Below, in pieces: positions 46,977 through 62,511 of a DNA stretch of 64,000 nucleotides. Below the pieces are notes generated by a model. It was not told the origin of the DNA. It did not search any database and worked only from the letters and a program-made list of their open reading frames with translations. The translations under genes and the position numbers were made by a program. Each line of letters begins with the position of its first letter. Within the stretch, counting starts at the first letter, position 1. Origin of the DNA: Vitrella brassicaformis CCMP3155 (taxonomy: Eukaryota > Protista > Chromerida); the NCBI GenBank assembly GCA_001179505.1, contig CDMY01000271.1:1-64000 (forward strand), given 5' to 3'.

Positions 46977-49900
46977 CTAGTCTTCCGAGACGTGCAATGC
47001 ATCAGCCAGTGAGAAGCGATGGCCGCACTCGGTGCAAAGGAGCCAGGAGGTCTCTTCCATCTCTGTGGAGATCCACCCGCCCCTGAGGCCAGCCGTGTTG
47101 ATGAGGCACTTCCTCGACGAGCAGTTCGGGCACTTGTAGTTGGTCGTGTTCCCCTCGTGCATCCTCGACGTCGCCCACCTGCACAAATCAGAACGCATTG
47201 CAAACAATCATGAAGACACGCATCCATCCTTCCTGCGCGTTCCACGACTGACTTACTCTTCGAGTCGTTTCAGCTCCTTCTGGTTGGCTTCCTCTCTCTT
47301 CTGCTTGAGCTCGTCCCTTGCCATGTCCTTGGCGTCCATCTTGGCCAGCTGGCTGGGCGGCAACCGCCCCTCATGCAGCTCGATCGTCAGCTTCGGATTG
47401 TCCTTGAGGTTCGAGCACAGAGAGCGGCAGAAGCGCTTGTAGGCCTCCGTGACGCCACCATGCTCCGATAAGATTGCCGTCTCGACATTCTGAGCCAAGG
47501 CGTGGAGAGACGCTCTGAAGGCAGACACAAGCATCGCACCCAGTGCTCGTGTGTGTCGGTCACCTTTTTGTGCCTTTCTTTCGGCATGCTCACTTGTGTG
47601 CGTCGACCACGCCGTCCTCGCTGCCTGCCTTCGGTTTCAGCAGGTGCTTCTGCATGGTCTCTGCCACCTTGGCCACCACCTTCTGCCTCATGGCCAGCTC
47701 GGCTGCCGTCTGCTTGCCGATGGATGCCACGCCGCCGCTGGCAGCTGGGGCCGTGGCAGGCAGCGCATAGCTCTTGTCAGCAACAGCCTTCCACCTGGCC
47801 ACCAGGGCCTTGGCGAGACTCACCACCTGAAGGGAAACATTGACATGGCTGTGGTTGTCTGTTCTTCGTTGCTGTTGACGTACGTACCTCTTTGTCTGTG
47901 TGTCTCTTGGCTAGGTCGTTGACGGTCCTGCCTATGAGGCTCTCCTTGAGGAAGAATAGGGTGATGTCAAGAACGGAGAGACGGCGAAGGGCGTTGAGAA
48001 TGAGGCTGCTGTCGGTGCCTGACGAGTCTTCCAGCTGAGACCGCAGCTCCTTCAGACACCGCAATCGCACCTAAGAGAGAAAGAAACAAATCGATCATGG
48101 GACATCACGGCCTTTCTCTTGTTGACAGTTTCGCTCACGTCGACGGTCTGTGTGGCCCCTAGCCGCTCAACCATGTCGCCGAGCGACAGGCTCTGGCCGC
48201 TGAGCCACCTCTGCATGCCCTCAGACGCACCCTTGACGCCCCGAACGCCCTTGGCCTCCTTGTCTGAAACACAGCAGCATAATAAATGCAGTGGTTAGGC
48301 AACTCTCCGCGGACTCCCGTCTGTCTCACCTGCGTCGAGAGGCACCAGTGGAGTGCCTCTCCGCTGCATTTTCGAAGGGACCTTGATCTCGCCACTGTGC
48401 GTCTTTTTCAGCCCCTTCACCCTCACAGACAAGGCGTGTTTCGCCAGCAGGCGATCAGATGTTGCCAAGCCCTCCTCCTCGTCACTGGGCTCGTCTGACT
48501 CGCCGTCGATGGAGGGAATCTTGGGCAACCGACCGGACGATGAGGAGCCACTTCCTGACCGACTCGATCGGGGAATGGACGAGAGGGCGTTTCTCAGCAT
48601 GAGGGCGTATCGATAGGGCAGCTCCGTCTTCTGCTGCCTCAGCTCTTCACATGTGCTGAGGTAGGTCTGGAGGTCGCTCTCGAGGGCCTGCTGTGCGTCA
48701 CCGTCGAGATGCCGCGCGTGAGCGGCCGCCTCGCCGGCCTTGAGCTGCCTGAGTGTAGGTAGGGTGAGGAAGGAAGAATAGGCAGACAAAACGCAAAGAA
48801 TGAGATGCTGCATTCAATTCAGCAGGCTCGTGTTGTGCATTCCTGACCCCAGGTTGGGTAGGGCTTCGAAGAGGCGTGAGATGACGCATTCCAGGCGAAG
48901 GTCCAGCTTGCCCTCAGCCCACAGCCGATCCGCACGCCACGTCGTCTCATCCCAAAACTGCACGACGTCACACAGCAACGGAGAGGCATCATGGAGGACA
49001 CGTGGCGGAGTGAGGTGGTGCGTACTTACCTCTTGGAACGCCTCTCGTATCCCCTCCGCAGTGTTGACGAAGTCGACCACCTCTGTAGGTTTGGGGGTCA
49101 GTTTTGGGTGCAGACGATTGAGGCGCGACAGCACCTGCACCGCTCGTGCGCCGTTGAGCGGTTTGTCCACGTACATGACGCACAGACGCGGTTCGTTATA
49201 ACCTGATGCAGAAAGGGAGAGAGAGCGGGACAATGCGCATGAGAATCACCGATTCCCTCTCGTGCGTCCGCGGATCCGATCCAGGTACGTGCCTGTCTCG
49301 AGTTTGTTGCATACGACAAGCAGGTCGGCCCTGTGGAGTGCCAAGCCTCCGTTGATGGACGCTTCGGTCCACCTCTTGCACACCAGCCTCGCACTGCCAT
49401 CCTCAGCCGCTGATGGGGTCGTGAGGTTCACCTCCCCCGAGAATGCCCCATAGACCGTCAAGTTGCTCACCACCAGTGTCGACGCATCCTCTGCCATGGC
49501 CTCACGGGCATCTGAACAGGACAGGCAGAAAGTGACAAGTGGCGTTCTTGCCGATCGCCATCTGCATCGCCTTGCCTTGCCTTACCCTGTATCCTTTGTT
49601 GCAGTACGCGAGTGACGAGGGCCACGTGCTCTCGCGATCGGCAGACAACCATGCCCTTGATCATAGGCTCAGCTCTCGGAGCCAAGCTGCCCCACGATGA
49701 AGTGTCCACTGAGCTGGCTGTGGGCTCATCTGTCACCGAATGGCGCTCGCGAAACCGCACGAAATGCCTGACGAACAGAAAGAATGACCCGATTGAGAGC
49801 GTGTGGCGGTGCAGGTGCTCTCACTTGAGTACGAAGTCGGCTTTGTAGACACACACGTCGTGGTGCTTGACGGCCGCCTTCATGACATCACTCCATGGGG

Positions 49901-51435
49901 TGCTGGCTGGCGACGGGGCAGGCGCCTTGTCCTCTGGTGTCTTCTTCTCCACATCGATGACAGGTCTGGCTGTGGTGTACTCCTTGAGCACATTGACGAT
50001 CACCCCATCGTGCACCGCCTGCACACAGGTACGCAGGCATCACCACACGTCAGAGGTGGTTTCTGTAATGTCTGTTTTGCGCTGACCCGTGCCATGGAGT
50101 AGCTGTGAACGGGCCCATAGGTCGTCTGGCTGGTCGACCTGCTGATCACGCCAAAGAGCTTGAGAGCGTCAGGCGATGGTGTGGCTGTGAAGCCAAAATA
50201 CGTCACGCCCAGGGGCTGGTGCTCCCTGCCGCCCAAGAGCTCATGCAGCTTCACACTGGTTGCCTTGCCGTGGGACCTAATGACGGAACACAAGGCCAGC
50301 CAGACACGTCATATAGGGTGTGAACATTTCATCACCTTTTTGTCACCTGTGTGCTTCGTCGGCGATGAGGGCGACCCGGCCTCGGCTGAGCAGCCGCTTG
50401 AGGCCACTGCGGGGCATGTTCTTGATGCACGGAAACTTCTGCAGTGTCGAGAACACAACCAACTGCTTGGTCTTCGCACCGGGACCATCTGCCGAGGGTT
50501 GGTCGGGGCCGTCAGTGAGCTCCGCTGCGACGTCCGAGTGGGTGGGCGAGGCGGCTGGCGACGGTGTGACGGCGGCGTCACACGCAGACGATAGAACAAG
50601 TGGCGACGGGTCGACCTCCATCGACGAAGGCGCGGCAGCTGCAACATTCGACGAGTCATCCTTTGCGTTGGCGGCCTCCTCTGTCTTCCTGGCCTTTGCC
50701 TTGCTCCAGAAGCTCTCCAGCGAGGGCTGCATCAGCTTGGCCGCTTTCCTCTTGCCGCCCACTTGAGGCTGCTGGGGGCTCGTCGATGATCCTACAGAGG
50801 CGGGTGGTTCCACTGACGGAGCGGGGCTGCACGTTGGTGCGGTGTTGGTGGATGAGAGCAGCTGCTGGAGCTCCTCGGACGTCCTTGCCCTCCTGATCTG
50901 GCGGCTGGGGAGGCCATTGCTGGTGAGGTACCGATGGACAACACGATATAGCTGGTCGTCCAGCTGCAACCTGCAAAACACAAAGACGTGAAAGCGTCCC
51001 CACCCTGAATGAACGCCCACGGCTGGTCTGTCTGTCTGCATGGAACGCACCTGTCATTGAGGATGAGTATGAGTGCGAAGTGCTGCCCGGCATCATCCCG
51101 CAGGTGGATCAGGGCGTGCACCAGTGCCGCTATGGTGAGGCTCTTGCCGCTGCCGGTGCAGTGCTGGAGGAGGTAGTTGGTGGGCGCTGTCAGACAAGCA
51201 TCATGTCGAACCAGGCCACAAACCTGCTGGACTGCTTCCACCTGAAACAAACAGAACGTCAAGCAATGCAAGTGCAAAGCGATGGCTGCCTGTGGTGCGC
51301 TACCTGATGTGCATTTGGTTTCAGCCCAGCTCCCTTCGGGAAGGCCTCAGACAAGTCCACAGGCTCTGAGTCATCTGGCTGTTTTTGAACTGATTTCTGT
51401 TCTTTTCGCTTCAGACCCTCCTCGAGGCTCGTCAT
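46977..51435 (-). CDS. Fusion protein: type I restriction enzyme R-subunit (HsdR)-like SF2 ATPase/translocase + TFIIS-like N-terminal, central and zinc-ribbon domains (15 exons, ~1,150 aa)
   Basis: HsdR motifs PNAHQ, YLLQHCTGSGKS, NDRLQLDDQL, FSTLQKF, IADEAHRSHG, YFGFTATP, HSYSMARAVHDGVIVNVL, KGMVVCRSR, GAFSGEV, LLVVCNKLETGYNEPRLCVMYVDKPL, AVQVLSRLNR, VVDFVN. These splice in phase to TFIIS-like ESLIGRTVNDL...AKALVARWK, YKRFCRSLCSNLKDNPKL...LAKMDAKDMA and CPNC...CTECGHRF. Confidence 0.8.
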
Positions 51436-51606
51436 CAGCGCCGGAAGATTCGTGAAGACACTTGTTCAAACTGGTGGTAGTGGTTAAGGGTAAGATTGTC
51501 CGTCCAAACCACTTGCGAGCTTGAAATGTCGGCGAGCTTCCAAAGTGAGCAGGAATAGGATTTGATCTGAGGAAGTAGGCAGAGTGGAGCTTTCAGAATG
51601 TCGCCA
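51436..51606. promoter_or_regulatory. Putative bidirectional promoter between the HsdR-TFIIS fusion and the Ubl-CCCH-RING gene
   Basis: Divergent ATGs at 51435 (-) and 51607 (+) are 171 bp apart. The in-frame stop just upstream of 51435 limits N-terminal extension within that exon. Confidence 0.45.
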
Positions 51607-53733
51607 ATGGAAGCGGTGCGTGTGTGCATTCGTCTGGAGGGCCACGATGAGCAAGTCCTGGCTGGCCCTGTGCCTGTAGAGATAGATCCTTTGTGGACTG
51701 TCAACGAGACCAAACGAAGACTCATGGCGGTGCTGCCCATGTCGGCTTCACAGCATCCTGACCCAAAGTAAGCACAAGCCGAAGGCCGTGGGTGGAATGC
51801 TCTGCAGCTAGTGTGCGCCGTGTGGCTCCTGGTCCTCTGCTTTGTCGCAGGATGTATCAAATCTACCGCCGAGATGCTCACGATGAGGCACTCGTCCACG
51901 GCCCGATAAAGGACATGAGGAGCTTCAGATATGCTTCATCAGACGATACGGTCATTTTGAGACGCAAAACCGCCGGCACCCATGCAAGCAGGCAGTGCTG
52001 CGTTCGTGGTTCCCTGTCCCTCTCATTCGCATTGCTGTGTTGGGGATGCAGGGCACTCCCACTCCCACTACCGTCACGGTTGCCGAAGATGAGCCTTCAG
52101 TGGAAGATAACCAAGCCAATGAAGATGAGGACCAGCCCTCAGACGCCGTCAACGCCACGGCCTTATACGATGCAGCCACACGCCACGAGAATATACTCTA
52201 CAAGCTCAAGCCCTGCGACCATTTCGAGCAGGTACGTACGGCAAGGCAACACGCCAAGAACGAAGCCATCAATTCCTCGTGTGCGCATTCATTCGGTGCA
52301 CTTGCAGGGGTATTGCCCAGGGGGTGACACGTGTACCTTCGCCCACGGACCCGCGGAGCAGCGGTGCTACCGCTGGCTCGTCAAGGTGAACGGACATCTG
52401 ACGCACGCAACAACTGGGGCATTCCATTCTGTTGGTACGGCTGAACTCCCGCCATTGTTGGCTGTTGTTTTGACGTTTCAGGGCACGTGTGTGGAGGGCG
52501 GGAGGTGCTCGCTGATACACGCCCGCCCTCCCATGTTCATGCCGCTCATCGGCCCCCGCCTGCGGCCATGCAGCTTCATCTACCCAGACGGTAGGCACAA
52601 GAGAAGCGTAGCGAAGGAATGCTGGTTGGGTGGCACGGTGCAGACTGGCTTGGTGTGTTTGCCTTGCAGGCTCGGGATGTAAATACGGCGTCACGTGTTG
52701 GTTCACGCACTCGAGGGACGAGGAGAGACTGGCTGAGCGGTAAGCAATGCATCACACAGCCCGTCTGCACTCGTCCATGCGCCTCTCTCCATGTGTGCGT
52801 GTGGATGTCAACTGTCAAACAAACAGTGCACTAGGGTCCAACAGTGCGGCCCCACCGGACGGACAGGAAAGGTTAGGTCGGGAATGACGGGCGAGGGTGC
52901 CTGAATCACGAGCCGTGTGCCTCGGTGTCGGTGCGTGTTGTGCAGGCTGGCGACATTTGCCCCTCCGACCTTCGGCGATGACGACGTGGCCCCTCCTCCT
53001 CCCCTATCTCCGATGTTCGAGTATGAGGAGTCGGATGCGATCAATGATGGCACTGCTGCTCTCGTCCTGCCTCCCCGGCCCAGCTACCCCGCACCTACTC
53101 GTGACAGCAACGGAGTTAGCGGAACGGCGTCGGGACCTGAGGGGTGAGCGAGACGGAGGGAAGGGAAGGGGAGAGGAGAGAGTGAGTGAGTGATGTGTAT
53201 GAAATGCATTCGTTGCAGAGATGTGGTGGATGAGGCCTCGAGAGTGAGCAAGCTCGAGAGGGAGGTGGCCGCACTGTCGGCGGAGCTGGCGAGGGAGCGA
53301 CAGGCAAAGGAAGACGAAAAGGACAAACGGTGAGATAAGATAAGTGGCTGGCTGTCGAAGACAGACAGCACAGTCTCAGCTTGATTGACACATGAATTAT
53401 GCGCTGATCGATGGATGCCTTGCTCGCTCTTCTCTGTCTGTCTGTCTGTCTGTCTGTCAGGATGTGCAAGATTTGCCACGAGCGGCTGCTGTCGGTGCTC
53501 CTTCTGCCTTGCAAGCATCTCGTTATGTGCACACGTAGGCGAGGCGCAATCAATGTGATTGATGTGCACACAAACAAGAGCGTACACGCACGCCCACCCG
53601 ATGCTCTTCTTTTTGGGTCGTCTCTTCCTTCTCTCTGGGGATAGGTTGCTGTGTGGAAGACTTCAAGGGCACATTATGCATCCTGTGTCGGCAGGAGTTC
53701 ACGGATAAGATCATGATCCAGCCGTTCGACTGA
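51607..53733 (+). CDS. Multi-CCCH zinc-finger, coiled-coil and C-terminal RING-HC protein with a possible N-terminal ubiquitin-like domain
   Basis: CCCH fingers KLKPCDHFEQGYCPGGDTCTFAH, a second ending GTCVEGGRCSLIH, and RPCSFIYPDGSGCKYGVTCWFTH. Coiled coil VSKLEREVAALSAELARERQ. RING MCKICHERLLSVLLLPCKHLVMC...C...LCILCRQ, ending QPFD* at 53733. Confidence 0.8.
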
Positions 53734-54829
53734 GACAAGCGGAGGCCAGCCGGTGCAGTGCAGTGCAGGGCAGCCAGCGAGTGCACGTGCCTTATGCCTG
53801 TAAACATACAAACATACAATTGTGGAGTGATTGTGGTTGATACATCGTTATTTTCTTTATCGAATGTATGTGTGATCGTGATGCCGATGCAATACATGCC
53901 TCCGTACTTCGCATGTGCCCGTTGCCTGCCTGCCTGCCTTTGTGCCTGCCTGCCTGCCTTTATTTCCATGTGTGTGTGCGCATGGGCGGATGGGGAGAGC
54001 TCGCGAGGGAGGGGAGAGGGGCGCATGCCATTACATACATTACATTACGACCATACATTACGACCTGCGTGCCGTGTGTGCGCTGCCTCTCTGGCTTACG
54101 GGAGAAAGAGGGCAGCCAGAGAGGCATCGACACATGGAGGGATGGATGGATGGATCGATGGATCGTTCTGTGTGTCTTGTGATGGGGGATAGAGGGAGGG
54201 GGGAGAGTACGATGGATTGATGGTTCATCAGCGGCAGAGTGTGATGCGATGCGAGTTCAAAATCAATAGTACAAGTAAGTCATGTTCTCTGTGTCTGTGT
54301 TTTATCGATGTGCGTGTTGCCCGATTACGTCGACGCTTTAGCCTGTGTCGTAATTTTTGAAGCAACGCATTCACAACGACACTCAGCGCGTGTCGGGCAC
54401 GCCACCTTTGTGTTGACACGCCGTCATTAGTGCAAATCCAAGTTACGCGCACACACTGTGGTCCCACCAGTGAACGCATGACGAAAAACGTTCCAATCAA
54501 CGATCGATCCATCCCCACCAGATCCACCCCCACTGTCACACAGACCACTGTACATACCATCAACCGGCTGCTGGTCAGCCGCTGCCAAAGGGTGCAAGGG
54601 CATCAACTCATCCGCCCCTTCGCCGCCTGTCAAGAAACCAACCATCCATCCACTCAGTCAGTCAAGCCAACATCGAGCAACGCCTGTGCACACACACACA
54701 CGCACGACAACAGGGAAGAGAGAATCGACTATGCCTGGCTGCCTGGCCTGCACCGCCATAGCAAGCGGCGGATGAATGAAAACGCAAACCAACTCACTCA
54801 CTTACGTCTAGTCGGGCCTGGCTGCGCCT

Positions 54830-55670
54830 GATGCTCTCGTTGAACCGAGACTGATGGCTGCGAAGCCATGAGCACGCGGGGTCACACACATGAGCTTCGG
54901 ACCTTTCGGCGCTGCTCCTCCTCTCACCGTTGTCTGGCACGTTTTGCAGCTTGAACGTGTGTCTGCAGCAGCTCCTCAGCGGTCATGAAGTGAACGCTGT
55001 CTTCTCGGCCTGCAGCAAGACCTGGAGGCATGCATAAATCAGCGAGTGAACGAGTGAATGAGTGAATTCGGTGTGGTCCGTCTGTCCGCCGGCTGGCGTA
55101 CTGTACCCACCTTCGCCAGTGGCGGTAGTGTCGGTGTCTGTCTTGAGGCGCTTGGCCTCCCGCGGCTTATCATCATCACCACCGCCGCCACCGCCTGCGA
55201 TTGGCGAATGCAGTGGCGGCAGCGGGAGGGGCTCAGCCTCAGCTTCCCGATGGCCCTGGGGTACATGGGATGGACCGAGAGCCTGCAAACATATATGGAC
55301 AACCATCCATTCATATGCCTATGCCCTTCTCTCCCTCCCCCTCCTCTCCTCTCCTCTCGTGTGCTGACTGACCCATAGCTCAAGTGAGGCGTAGAGGGGC
55401 CGAGCGGCCGACACGCTGATGGGCAGACCACGGACCGACACCATGCGCTCTGGCTCCTCAGCCCCGCGCCTGTCCAAGACAAAATGCATGACAACAAACA
55501 AACAATGATGAAATTCGCCTCCAGTCCTGGCTGCAGGCCTTACTGATCTGCCATTTGGCCGGCAAATGCAAATGCTCTTCTTCCGAATCGAACGCGAGTG
55601 CGAGCTTGAAGTAGGTCGACAAGGGCAGAGGTGAGCAGAGGCTGCTTAGAGAGTGCACTGGGCGTTTCAT
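54830..55670 (-). CDS. Small hypothetical spliced gene, divergent from PI4K; structure uncertain
   Basis: ATG at 55670 (MKRPVHSLSSLC...PAKWQI) followed by a gtaagg donor, then short ORF-like segments bounded by GT/AG and microsatellite-type introns. I recognise no domain. Confidence 0.3.
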
Positions 55671-55796
55671 CTCCCACAGGAGGTGTCATTGACACAGCTG
55701 TAGCAAGGGCCGACAGACGCCCCTTCAGAGGAATCGCTCACAGAGGATCCACACCAACGAGCACTGTGGTTGTGAAGCGCAAGCACGCGTCAGAGG

Positions 55797-61475
<5,679 letters not shown>

Positions 61476-62511
61476 CCAACCAGTCAATCAATGATTGCAG
61501 ACAGACAGCCAAACCCACCCACCACCGACCCACAGCCGCCCCGCCCTCCTGTCGTGTGTGTACGACATACCCACCCATCGCTCCCAGCTATGCGGAAGGA
61601 AGTGTATTGGTAACTAACAGGAAGGGGATGTGCTGGATGGGCGACAGAGTAAGTGGCATTTGTGACCTACCGTTGAGGGCGCGGCGCGGCGCGGCGCGTC
61701 GCATGGTGGGGGCGGCTGTGTCTCTCGTGGAATGGATGGTGTATGCTGTGACCAGGTGGGGGATGGGATGGTCGGTCGGGGGGGCGGAGTTTTCCAGCTG
61801 GCTGACTTGCTGCTTACAGGGAGGGATAGTAGGTTGGGTGCGGGGCGGTGGGGTGGTGTCAGCTCACTTTTTTTCAGTCTCTCTCTCTCTCTCTCTCTCG
61901 TGTGAATGCATTCATTCAGTGATGAAAGAATGAGCGGAATGAAATGCCCACCCACGATGGATGGATAGATGCCCACACGAGTCAGTCAGTCGTGTGTATT
62001 TTCATGCATGCATTGATTCGTGTACACCTACTTCATGTGTGTGTCAGTGATTGATTGCCCCATTCATTGCCCCATCCATCCCCATGCACGCCTCTGTGTC
62101 CCCATGCGTGTGTGGTGTGTACAATGGTTGGTTGGTTGGTGGCTGGCTGGCTGGGTGGATGGATTGCTGGGGTGGTGGTGGTGGCTGTATGCATGCACTG
62201 TTTCGGCTGCAGTTTTGCCACGTTTGCTACGCATTCGCGACAGACACACAGACAGACACACATAGACAGAGAGGTGGATGGACTGACTCCACACACCCAC
62301 ACTTGCGTGTCCGGTACATTGATGACTGTCAATGTGCTGATGGACGGATGGGATGGATGGATGGGCACGGATGAAGACCCGACGGGTGTGGATCAATCCA
62401 AGGAAGAAGGTGTCTGTCGACCATCACACACACACACAGCACCTCATCAATGAGCTGCAAAGCATGCAGCACTAATCACCGGGCCTAGTATTCACAGCAC
62501 AACACCCAACT

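Noticed and set aside
47777-48070. Stand-alone TFIIS gene starting at the ORF-track 'M' at 48070
   Set aside because: That start is a GTG immediately after a TTAG acceptor. Upstream exons splice in phase and there is no promoter-sized gap. It remains formally possible until transcripts are checked.
46977-51435. Bacterial contamination, or a functional type I restriction-modification system
   Set aside because: The HsdR-like sequence is split by 14 spliceosomal introns in host style, lacks the nuclease domain, and has no hsdM/hsdS in the window.
53734-54830. ORFs in the CCAT/GCCT-rich stretch downstream of the RING gene
   Set aside because: Simple-repeat-rich UTR or intergenic sequence with no coherent exon chain.
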